IMG/VR virus record: IMGVR_UViG_3300009285_000007
Location: 1 to 59,345 of that record
Direction: 5' to 3' (one strand)
DNA: 59,345 nucleotides
Source of the DNA: a virus
Shown here: piece after piece, positions 46,481 through 53,997 of the stretch
Position numbering within the stretch: the stretch's first letter is position 1
Layout: each line of letters begins with the position of its first letter
Position numbers and translations under genes: made by a program
Notes under the pieces: generated by a model
Told to the model about the DNA's origin: nothing
Database searches by the model: none
The model's input: the letters and a program-made list of their open reading frames with translations, nothing else

Positions 46481-47109
46481 TCACGCTAGCCACCTACGAC
46501 GCGCACGGCAGGGCGCCGAGAGTCGTCGACCGCATCGGCGAGTGTCACGCCATCAACCGTCGTGCGCTCGTTCCGGCGTCCGTTCGGTACGTGGTGGTCC
46601 ATAGGATCAGTCTCGCGCTCAAGACGGACGACAACCCATATCCGATCCCAGACCACCTACTCGACGGGCCGGCGCTTGTCGGGCGATTCGCCAGGCCCGC
46701 ACTCGGCACAGGCGGTGCGTGCCCGTACCATGTGCTCGTCAGGTACGACGGGACGGCGGAGCAACTCATCCCGATGTCGGTGATGGGCGCGCACGCCGTC
46801 AATTACAATGGGTGCTCGTGGGGCGTCGCGTGCGTTGGCGACACGCGTAAGAGGCCGCTCAGGGATCGACAGTGGGAGGCGCTGCGTGAGGTATGCCGCC
46901 GGCTCGCGGTGCACAACGGCGGGCTCGACATCGTGGGGCACACGTCGCTGAGCAACGGCAGTCACGACCCGGGAAAGGTATGTCCTGGGGAGTATCTGTC
47001 CGTCGACGCGCTCGAGCGTGAGGTGGCGTCGAGCCTTCCGGATGGATGGCAGAGACTGAGTGAGGAGATGCAGCGAGACTGGCTCACGGGCACGGGGCTC
47101 GTGATGTGA
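46477..47109 (+). CDS. N-acetylmuramoyl-L-alanine amidase (Amidase_2/PGRP-type endolysin)
   Basis: YHVLVRYDG...GAHAVNYNGCSWGVACVGD...VGHTSL...DPGKVCPG is the amidase_2 pattern. GTGA start. Confidence 0.85.
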   Translation: MITLATYDAHGRAPRVVDRIGECHAINRRALVPASVRYVVVHRISLALKTDDNPYPIPDHLLDGPALVGRFARPALGTGGACPYHVLVRYDGTAEQLIPMSVMGAHAVNYNGCSWGVACVGDTRKRPLRDRQWEALREVCRRLAVHNGGLDIVGHTSLSNGSHDPGKVCPGEYLSVDALEREVASSLPDGWQRLSEEMQRDWLTGTGLVM

Positions 47110-47204
47110 TCGACGCGGGCCCGAGCGCGCATTGTCGACCCCTCCGGCGACCCGCGCGATAGCAGCCATGCCCGTGGCAGGGACGGGCACCCGCGACCAT
47201 TTGA

Positions 47205-47220
47205 GCCGGCGAAAGTCGGC
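47205..47220 (+). promoter_or_regulatory. GNRA-tetraloop hairpin abutting the holin RBS
   Basis: GCCGGC-GAAA-GTCGGC (6 bp including one G-U), followed directly by AAGGAGaaagcaATG. Shares GGCGAAAGTC with the 28085 hairpin loop. Confidence 0.3.
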
Positions 47221-47232
47221 AAGGAGAAAGCA

Positions 47233-47487
47233 ATGCGACCTGGGTGGAAAACTTCCGAGTTCTGGCTCTCACTCATTGCGATGGTGATCGGGGCCGTCAT
47301 GGCGTCGGGTGCGCTCGATAGCCTCGCTAGCGACCACTGGGCCGTCAAAGTGCTCGGCCTTGTGGCGAGCATTCTCGGCGCGCTCGGCTACCAGGTGAGT
47401 CGAACAATGGTCAAGGGCGCCGAGGCCAAGGCGGTAGCGCTCGTCAAGGCAGCCGAGGTCGCCAAAACAAACCCTCCGTCAGCCTGA
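47233..47487 (+). CDS. Holin (two TM segments; KTSEFW motif)
   Basis: AAGGAG RBS. MRPGWKTSEFWLSLIAMVIGAVMASG...VLGLVASILGALGY. Confidence 0.75.
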   Translation: MRPGWKTSEFWLSLIAMVIGAVMASGALDSLASDHWAVKVLGLVASILGALGYQVSRTMVKGAEAKAVALVKAAEVAKTNPPSA

Positions 47488-47498
47488 CCGCGGCGATC

Positions 47499-47714
47499 AT
47501 GCGCGGGCTGGACGGCGCAGAGCTGCTACAGCCCGGCCACGGTCAGGCGACGCTGGGCGCCTACGTCTCGCGCGAGTCGCTGGGAGCGAGTCTGACAGTC
47601 GAGGCGCGAGTCCACAGGGCGCTCGCAGCCTACGCCGAGGGGCGCGCGGGCTACTCGTGGGCGACGCGGGAGATCGAGGCTGCAGCGCTGGGCGGGTTGC
47701 GGGTGCGGTGGTGA
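47499..47714 (+). CDS. Hypothetical protein (last plus-strand gene)
   Basis: GC-rich third positions. No recognisable motif. Confidence 0.45.
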   Translation: MRGLDGAELLQPGHGQATLGAYVSRESLGASLTVEARVHRALAAYAEGRAGYSWATREIEAAALGGLRVRW

Positions 47715-47727
47715 CCGTGGTAGCGTC

Positions 47728-48198
47728 CTAGGCCTTGCTGCGGAGCCTCTGATACTCGGCGATTGCCGCCTGTAGGCGCTTTGCCGCCTCGATCCCGGCG
47801 GTCCACGTAGACGCAGCGGCACGGTGCAGCAGCTCGTCGACTCGTCCTGCGGTCTCGGCGGCGATGCCGCCCTCCTCGTCGATCGACAGTCGGACCTCGA
47901 TGCCGTCGATCAGTACGGTCTCGCGCATGGCCGCGCACTCGCGACGGGCACGTACGGTCTCCAGCCATGCCCGGCTCGCGGCCTCATCGCGGGCGTGTTG
48001 GCTCTCGCCCCACGGGCCGACCTCCTCGTATCGCTGATTGCGCAGCACCTGCCGGCGTGCGCCGCAACCGACGCACTGCTCGGTGACTTCGATCCCGCCG
48101 TGCGCCGCGGCGACCTCGTCCGTGTACGGGGCGCGCGCCACAGGGTGGCTGAAGGGTCGGGGCTCTGAGATCGTCGTGGTCCGGGCGTGGTCGCACAT
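47728..48198 (-). CDS. Hypothetical protein
   Basis: AGGAGG RBS. Protein-like composition. Confidence 0.7.
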   Translation of the reverse strand: MCDHARTTTISEPRPFSHPVARAPYTDEVAAAHGGIEVTEQCVGCGARRQVLRNQRYEEVGPWGESQHARDEAASRAWLETVRARRECAAMRETVLIDGIEVRLSIDEEGGIAAETAGRVDELLHRAAASTWTAGIEAAKRLQAAIAEYQRLRSKA

Positions 48199-48272
48199 AG
48201 CATCCTCCTCCGTGAGCTCCAGCGCTCGTGCGCGCTCCGGCCGTAGCTGGGGCGCGAGGCGAGGGTGGGGGC

Positions 48273-49139
48273 TCAGATCTCGACTCGATCAACCTCGCCA
48301 GCTGTGCAGGCCCAGCGCGCAACCTCGGCGCCTGCGGAGTCGTACACGCTGAGCCGCTGCCCATGATGCAGGGTACGCCGAGCCAGCAGATCGGCATCAG
48401 CGAGCGACCCTACGCTGTCGCCAGCCTCGCCGCCCGGGGCGCATGGGGCGCCATGATAGCGGGTGGTGTAGGCGGCGGTGGTGGTGGTGGTGGTGGCGAC
48501 CTCGATCCATTCGTCGTCCTCGACTGACTCGAGACAGTCGGGGCAGAGCCATGCCTCTCGCCAGTAGCCGGCCCCGCGGGGCTGGACCTGAGCGGCCGCG
48601 TCGCGGTCCTGGATCCGGACGTACCAGACGCGGACGCAGGCGCCGGGCTCGGAATCGCAGCCGTCGCCGCCCAGGACTTCGGCGGACTGGCAGCGGTGGG
48701 ACTCGTCTTCGACCCGCCGGCACGTCGCCGTCGCGTCCGGCTCGCCCTGGGCGCCCTGCCACTCGCCGACGATCTCGACCGGGTAGCCGAGTAGCTCGCT
48801 GGCCTCCTGGAGGATCAGCGCGCCGTCCGGCCGCTCGCTGTCCTCGGTCTCCGCGGTCGCGCCGTCCGAGAGACGTACCGGCTCGCCGCCCTCGACCAGG
48901 ACCGCGCCGCCGCATGGCAGGGTGCGCCAGCCGTCCGGATCGTCCGACGACGCGCACTCCGGACAAGTCGATGTATCGTCTGTCGCGTCCAGCAGGGCGC
49001 CGCAGGCGCAGTATGCCTCGTCGCCGTAGCAGTCCGGGCAGATGGCCCCGCCCTCAGTCTGCACCGGCCAGTGGAGGGCGATCTCTTCGTCGGTGATCGC
49101 GCGGTGGCAGCGGGTGCATGTCGTGGTCTTGCTGGTCAT
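48273..49139 (-). CDS. Hypothetical multi-Zn-ribbon acidic protein with poly-Thr tract
   Basis: CTRCH..CPDC, CACG..CPEC, CPDC. (GGT)6 on the plus strand encodes T6. Confidence 0.7.
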   Translation of the reverse strand: MTSKTTTCTRCHRAITDEEIALHWPVQTEGGAICPDCYGDEAYCACGALLDATDDTSTCPECASSDDPDGWRTLPCGGAVLVEGGEPVRLSDGATAETEDSERPDGALILQEASELLGYPVEIVGEWQGAQGEPDATATCRRVEDESHRCQSAEVLGGDGCDSEPGACVRVWYVRIQDRDAAAQVQPRGAGYWREAWLCPDCLESVEDDEWIEVATTTTTTAAYTTRYHGAPCAPGGEAGDSVGSLADADLLARRTLHHGQRLSVYDSAGAEVARWACTAGEVDRVEI

Positions 49140-49229
49140 CGTCTTCCCCTCTGTGCCGCCGTGGCGGCTGTGATGTCTGTCGGCTACCGCGACGGGCCTG
49201 CGCCCGTTTCGTCCCGGCCGAGGGACTCG

Positions 49230-49472
49230 TCAGGCGGCTACGATGTAGAACCCCTGCCCGTCGAGGCGGACGCCCTGGGCCTGGATCCAGCGCTCGGCGC
49301 CTGCGATGTCGCGGCACCGGCGCTCATCGCGGGTGCGGGTCATGTCGCTGCGGTCGAGGCGCTCGATCCAGACGACCAGGGAGCGGCCCTGGCGGACGGC
49401 GCCGGCCGTGGTCTCGATGTGCTGTCCGGCGTGGTACTGGCTGATCGCTGCTCGGTAGGTCTTGCTGGTCAT
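49230..49472 (-). CDS. Hypothetical protein (80 aa)
   Basis: ATG at 49472 follows GGAGACG. Its start region (GACGATGACCAGCAAGACC) is shared with the 49139 gene. Confidence 0.65.
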   Translation of the reverse strand: MTSKTYRAAISQYHAGQHIETTAGAVRQGRSLVVWIERLDRSDMTRTRDERRCRDIAGAERWIQAQGVRLDGQGFYIVAA

Positions 49473-49605
49473 CGTCGTCTCCGTGGTGGTGTGCGTCGTC
49501 ATGGTGGTAATGTAGCACGTCTGACGAATAACGCAAGAAAAAAGATTGCACCCATGTCGCTTTTTTTACGTTGCTAAAATCGCAAGAAAGGCGTACAGTT
49601 ACAGC
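49473..49605. promoter_or_regulatory. AT-rich divergent intergenic region with CGCAAGAAA x2 (second switch-like region)
   Basis: The most AT-rich stretch I saw. CGCAAGAAA occurs at 49532-49540 and 49581-49589. TTGCTA-N17-TACAGT ends 6 nt before the ATG at 49606. Confidence 0.4.
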
Positions 49606-49935
49606 ATGGGACGCAAACCGACAGGGCGCAAGCGGGGGCAGCGAGGGCCGGACAGGGCGCCGCGCAAGCCGGGCTCGGGACGCCGGGCCGTGGTGCGGCC
49701 GAGCACGAGAGGGGCGGCGGCACTGGCAGACTGGCTCGCCGGTGACGGGCGGTCGAGGGCCGGGCTCGCCGGGCAGCTCGGGTGCAGCGCCTACCGCGTC
49801 CACCGGCTCCTGCACGGACAGGCGCCGGCCACGCTCCGAGAGGCGGTCGTTATAGAGGAGATCACGGACGGGGCGGTCGGGGCGCATGCTTGGCTGGAGG
49901 TGGCGACGCCTGAGCGTCGCACCACTCCCTCGTAG
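49606..49935 (+). CDS. Cro/YdaS-like HTH protein with Arg/Lys-rich N-terminal tail
   Basis: RAGLAGQLGCSAYRVHRLLHGQAPATLREAVVIEEITDGAV is a YdaS/Cro-like pattern. It is the only plus-strand gene in the minus block. Confidence 0.6.
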   Translation: MGRKPTGRKRGQRGPDRAPRKPGSGRRAVVRPSTRGAAALADWLAGDGRSRAGLAGQLGCSAYRVHRLLHGQAPATLREAVVIEEITDGAVGAHAWLEVATPERRTTPS

Positions 49936-50326
49936 CGCCATGCACGGTCTCGCAGCGGTGGCGCTGGCCGTCGATGACCACGCATAGCTCGACGATCTTG
50001 TGCGCGCATGCGAGCCGGCCAATCTCGGCAGCACTCCATGGCAGTACTGAGTATTCTGGGCCGCCGACAGCGGAGGCTGGAATCATACTATCATCTGCCA
50101 TCGTCGCGGTCTCCACGCACCGCCGTATCCGCCCGTCGTCCCTCGGGTCAGCGTCGTCGTAGCAGGTCCACCGCCCGTCCCGGTGCGAGCAGTCGCACAT
50201 GCGGCCGTCGACCGCGAACATCTGGCCGTACGCGTCGCGGTAGGTGCCGGTGTCGTGGTCGCCGTCAAACTCCGCCGCCTTGTTGCATCCCACCGCCAGC
50301 AGAATCAGAATTGCTATCAGTCGCAT
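49862..50326 (-). CDS. Lipoprotein (LAVGC lipobox), Cys-rich
   Basis: AGGAGG RBS. MRLIAILILLAVGCNKAAEF. The 3' end overlaps the convergent HTH gene by 74 nt. Confidence 0.7.
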   Translation of the reverse strand: MRLIAILILLAVGCNKAAEFDGDHDTGTYRDAYGQMFAVDGRMCDCSHRDGRWTCYDDADPRDDGRIRRCVETATMADDSMIPASAVGGPEYSVLPWSAAEIGRLACAHKIVELCVVIDGQRHRCETVHGATREWCDAQASPPPAKHAPRPPRP

Positions 50327-50346
50327 GGATCCTCCTGTATCGCACG

Positions 50347-51081
50347 CTACCATCTAGCGTCAAGCGCCACCCTCCGCACCACGTCTCCATAGTATTTCCT
50401 CTCCCACTCACGGCGTCCGAAGCCCGCTCCGGGTTCGCCACCGATGTGATCGACACGCAGGCGCTCGCGAGGGAGAGATCCGCCGTATGACATAGCATAT
50501 ACGGGGTGGATCGGAAGATCCTCGCGTGCGAGATAGGCGAACACATCGAGGATCGTCCAGTGCGCAAGCGGGGCGCAGGCAATGTTGCTCGTCTCTCCCC
50601 ACCGACGCACGCGCATGCGACGCGCGCTCGACTCATCGGCGCGGATCCCGCTCACGCGCGGGGTCTGCATGTATGATGTACCGATGGCCTCGCGCATGAG
50701 TCTGTCTGAGCACGCGCACGGCACGTCTGCCGGGCAGTCGCAGCCGCATTCAATCTCCATGTACTCGTACGGATAGCGGAGCAGGAACGCATCGCGGACG
50801 CGGACGTTGTCCGGGTTACTCAGTCGGCCGAATAGCGTATGCACCATCTTGCGACAGCCCGCGACCCAGGCAAGGTGGGCCATAACCACTGAGTCCTTAC
50901 CCCAACTCGCCATCACGACAGCGTCCGGATGCTGGGCGCGGAATGCAGCCAAAACGTCCAGAGCTCGTGAGATAAGCCGACCCATACGCGCGCTGTGTGC
51001 CAGAGCACGATCTTGACGCTCCAGCCTTGTCCACTCCGCGATGTCCGCGTGCGTGTGACGCCGACTCTGAATCAAGGGCAT
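50347..51081 (-). CDS. PAPS-reductase-family (CysH-like / PP-loop) protein
   Basis: SWGKDS PP-loop, VSGIRADESSARR motif, inserted Cys cluster IECGCDCPADVPCAC. Start MPLIQSRRHT. Confidence 0.8.
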   Translation of the reverse strand: MPLIQSRRHTHADIAEWTRLERQDRALAHSARMGRLISRALDVLAAFRAQHPDAVVMASWGKDSVVMAHLAWVAGCRKMVHTLFGRLSNPDNVRVRDAFLLRYPYEYMEIECGCDCPADVPCACSDRLMREAIGTSYMQTPRVSGIRADESSARRMRVRRWGETSNIACAPLAHWTILDVFAYLAREDLPIHPVYAMSYGGSLPRERLRVDHIGGEPGAGFGRREWERKYYGDVVRRVALDARW

Positions 51082-51344
51082 CGTGGCCACCACTTGTCGT
51101 GTCCCGCGAGCACCGTCATGAGCTGCGGTGCGCCGTTCCCATTCTCGGCCACACGGAACCGCAGCCGTCGTGGCCGGCCTTCGCGGTAAAGCCACACCCC
51201 AGGTTCGATCTCCTTTACCCTCCGCGCTCGCTCGCTGCAACGAACGAGTTCAGCCAGTGCTTGCTCGTAGTTCGCTAGTGGGTCGACGCGCTCGACGTAG
51301 CGTCGCACCGCATGTGGTGTGATGAACCAGCGGCCAGTGATCAT
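51072..51344 (-). CDS. Hypothetical protein (90 aa)
   Basis: ATG at 51344 gives an ATGA overlap with the stop of the sigma-like gene. MITGRWFITPHAVRRYVERV... Confidence 0.6.
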   Translation of the reverse strand: MITGRWFITPHAVRRYVERVDPLANYEQALAELVRCSERARRVKEIEPGVWLYREGRPRRLRFRVAENGNGAPQLMTVLAGHDKWWPRCP

Positions 51345-51859
51345 ACAGCTCTCCGTGGTATATTGCACGTCGGCTTGAGCGCACCCGGAGGTGAGTCAAT
51401 CCGGCCGAGCGCCCGCTGCAGTGATCGCGCAAAGTTGTTCCCGGCATCACATACACCGAAGATCCTGGCCGCATCACTCTTGTCGACAGAGTACACTACG
51501 TGCACGAGCGCTGCACGCTGATGCGGCGCCATCGCGGTCCATGCCACTCGTGCCCTCCACGCGCACAGCGCGGCCAACTCATGAGGTGCGTCAACGGCGG
51601 GCTCTCTCGCCATCCATGCGTGCAACTCCCGTGACCGCCTCCACCGGTTACTGACTCCACCGAAAATCCTACGCGCCGCAGACACCGCATAGCGCCTACC
51701 CCAGAACGCAGTCGGTGGAGCGCCGAACCTGGCATGCGCAACGACGAACGAGGCCATTACCTCCTGCGCCACGTCCGCCCGCCAGTGCCGCATGGCGCGA
51801 GGCACCACGCGACGGGCTTGCCTGCGTGCGATGCGGTAGGCGCAGGTGATGTCAATCAT
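51341..51859 (-). CDS. ECF-type sigma-70-like protein (regions 2 and 4)
   Basis: ADVAQEVMASFVVAHARF is region-2-like. MAPHQRAALVHVVYSVDKSDAARIFGVCDAGNNFARSLQRALGRI is a region-4 HTH-like segment. ATGA overlap with the csf3-like gene. Confidence 0.6.
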   Translation of the reverse strand: MIDITCAYRIARRQARRVVPRAMRHWRADVAQEVMASFVVAHARFGAPPTAFWGRRYAVSAARRIFGGVSNRWRRSRELHAWMAREPAVDAPHELAALCAWRARVAWTAMAPHQRAALVHVVYSVDKSDAARIFGVCDAGNNFARSLQRALGRIDSPPGALKPTCNIPRRAV

Positions 51860-52593
51860 GCGGCGAGTACCTCCCCGGTCACCGGATGGATGACCGGCTC
51901 CGACAGGTCAGGGTCGCGTGCATAGGTGTGCCGGCTCACGTGATGGTACGGAGGTCGGATGCTCGCGATGCTCTGTGCCTCCGACTCGCGGCAGGGCATG
52001 CGACGCTGCGACATGACCCATTCGGCGGACACGTCAGCCGGCTCGACCGCCCACCGCATGACGCGCCCCTGGCCCTTCGCGCAGTGCTTGCCGATTCCCA
52101 GGACGTGCGTCTGCAGGAGTCGCAGCAACTCGTCCTTGTCGCCGATGCAGAACCACCGCACCTCGTGCGCGAACGACGTGGGTAGTTTGAGGTCGTACGC
52201 CTTCGCTGGGCCGCACCCGGCGTTGACCGAGACCGCGTCCGTGTACCGCGTCATCTGCTCACCGGCGATGCGCTTGCGCACCTCGAACACGCTGCGCTTG
52301 CGCCACACAGCCAGCGCCCGCGTAGCCATCCAGCCCCACACACGACCGCTCTCGTCGCGCAATCTGTCGTCGACGCCGGGCGGTATGTCCGCCTCGACGG
52401 ACCACCGAGCGATTGGCAGCGGGAAGTCAACCGCCCACGCCGTGTTGATCGGCGGCAACTCCCACCGCTGCTCTTCGGTGAGGTCGCGGTATGCTGCCCA
52501 TGCCACGATGCCATCGAGGTGCATGCCGTCGTCGAAATGGACGACCGGTTCGCTGAGTCTGGCTGTGACGAGTAGTGACTCGTGTGCGCTCAT
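51856..52593 (-). CDS. csf3: Cas5-like RAMP (type IV Csf3-like)
   Basis: MSAHESLLVTARLSEPVVHFDDGMHLDGIVAWAAY and the Gly-rich loop LGIGKHCAKGQGRV. ATGA overlap with the csf2-like gene. Confidence 0.6.
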   Translation of the reverse strand: MSAHESLLVTARLSEPVVHFDDGMHLDGIVAWAAYRDLTEEQRWELPPINTAWAVDFPLPIARWSVEADIPPGVDDRLRDESGRVWGWMATRALAVWRKRSVFEVRKRIAGEQMTRYTDAVSVNAGCGPAKAYDLKLPTSFAHEVRWFCIGDKDELLRLLQTHVLGIGKHCAKGQGRVMRWAVEPADVSAEWVMSQRRMPCRESEAQSIASIRPPYHHVSRHTYARDPDLSEPVIHPVTGEVLAA

Positions 52594-53600
52594 CCCGCCG
52601 CCCCCTGTAGCGCCGCCAGGATCTCCTCCCGCCGCTCGCGCAGGTGCGCCACGTAAGCGCCATCCCAAGACGCACCAGCGGCCGGGACGAGGCTCTTGTC
52701 GGCCGCCATGGCGGGTGCGATGATGCCGCGGATCTGCCCCGACCACTGCATCGAGACACGTCCGAGGCCGATGCTGCGCTTCGCTCCGAGGTAGTAAATC
52801 AACCCGCCGTCACCGGCCTGGTCCTGTGCCGCATGCGAGAGCGAGGCCTTCAACGCGGCGAGTTCCATCAGGTCGAGGTCACGGTAGTAGAGCCCGCCCC
52901 AGAGCTTCGCCCCGGGCTTGATGATCTCGCTGTCGTAGATCATCTGGGATGTACCCTCCATCTTCGTACGTGCCTCGGCCTCGAGAGACTCGCTGACCTT
53001 GCCCTCGAGCTTCAGTCGCTCGGCGTTCGGCAGCAAACGCGCGACATGGGGTGAGCGACTGGCCTCGTGGCGCGTTCCGAACGTCTCGCCTCGGAAGATG
53101 CCGGAGCGACGGCGCGCATGCGGCAATTCCTGTGCGTCTATTGGTAGGCGCCAGGCGTTCTCCTCGCAGACGAGGTGGATGTTGTCGACGCTGAGCTTGC
53201 TGTGTGCCATGTAGTTGCCGGCGCTGTAGCCGCACACGCCGAGGATGGGGAACAGCTCCGCGAGCGCACGGGCCTTGCTGAGGTTGACCGCGCTGCCGCT
53301 CTTGCTCAAGTGGCCGCCGGAGAACAGAAGGTCAACTACCGGCTTGGTGAGCGAGCCATCCGCAACGCCCATCGCAGTAAGCGCGTGATCGACACCAGCC
53401 TCGCGGATGGTGTGCTTGAAACTGTTGCCACTAATGAATGGCACCTCCTCATCCTCGCCGTCTGGCGTCGTGATCTCCTGCACCCGCAAGAGCGCCGTGT
53501 TGCCCTCAGTGCCAGCCCCGTGATGGAGCGCGTCAAGCGCCGTGGCGATGAAGCTCAATCTGCCTGACTGCCTGGTGACCTGCTCTGCTGTTGCAACCAT
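52590..53600 (-). CDS. csf2: Cas7-like RAMP (type IV Csf2-like)
   Basis: VPFISGNSFKHTIREAG (Cas7-type motif) and the C-terminal Gly-rich LGAKRSIGLGRV. GAGGAGG RBS. 336 aa. Confidence 0.65.
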   Translation of the reverse strand: MVATAEQVTRQSGRLSFIATALDALHHGAGTEGNTALLRVQEITTPDGEDEEVPFISGNSFKHTIREAGVDHALTAMGVADGSLTKPVVDLLFSGGHLSKSGSAVNLSKARALAELFPILGVCGYSAGNYMAHSKLSVDNIHLVCEENAWRLPIDAQELPHARRRSGIFRGETFGTRHEASRSPHVARLLPNAERLKLEGKVSESLEAEARTKMEGTSQMIYDSEIIKPGAKLWGGLYYRDLDLMELAALKASLSHAAQDQAGDGGLIYYLGAKRSIGLGRVSMQWSGQIRGIIAPAMAADKSLVPAAGASWDGAYVAHLRERREEILAALQGAAG

Positions 53601-53601
53601 A

Positions 53602-53997
53602 CTATGCCTCCTCTTGGTGGGTGAGTTCGTCGAGTTCCTTGCGGAGCACCTTCTTGGACTTCCTCTGCTCGTCTCGCTTCGCCTGTGCCATCGCCACGAT
53701 GTAGACCGCATCGCGCCTGCAGAGGTGACGGAAGCGCTTGAACGTCGCCCGCTCGACCAGCGCCTCACTGAGCGAAGAGAGATAGTTGGCTGTGTCGTTG
53801 GTGACCGCCGGGATCTGGAGCTTGCGCGCCATCTCGCTCGTGAACCGGCCCACCGTCTCGGCCCGGTTCGCCGCGCTTACCATTGCCGCCCGCGCCCTCG
53901 GCCACCAGTCCAGCGCCCGGATCGTGTCCTGCGGTACCGACCGCATCATTGCCAATATCAGATCGACCGCCAGGTCCGTCAGTTGCTCGTCCGTCAT
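53602..53997 (-). CDS. cas11: Cas11-like small helical subunit
   Basis: 131 aa, helix-former rich, basic C terminus. Sits between the csf1-like and csf2-like genes. Strong GC3 in this frame. Confidence 0.5.
   Translation of the reverse strand: MTDEQLTDLAVDLILAMMRSVPQDTIRALDWWPRARAAMVSAANRAETVGRFTSEMARKLQIPAVTNDTANYLSSLSEALVERATFKRFRHLCRRDAVYIVAMAQAKRDEQRKSKKVLRKELDELTHQEEA

Noticed and set aside
48477-48494. (GGT)6 trinucleotide repeat as a regulatory element
   Set aside because: Lies in frame inside the 288-aa CDS (poly-Thr on the coding strand). Short and low-complexity, with no independent signal.
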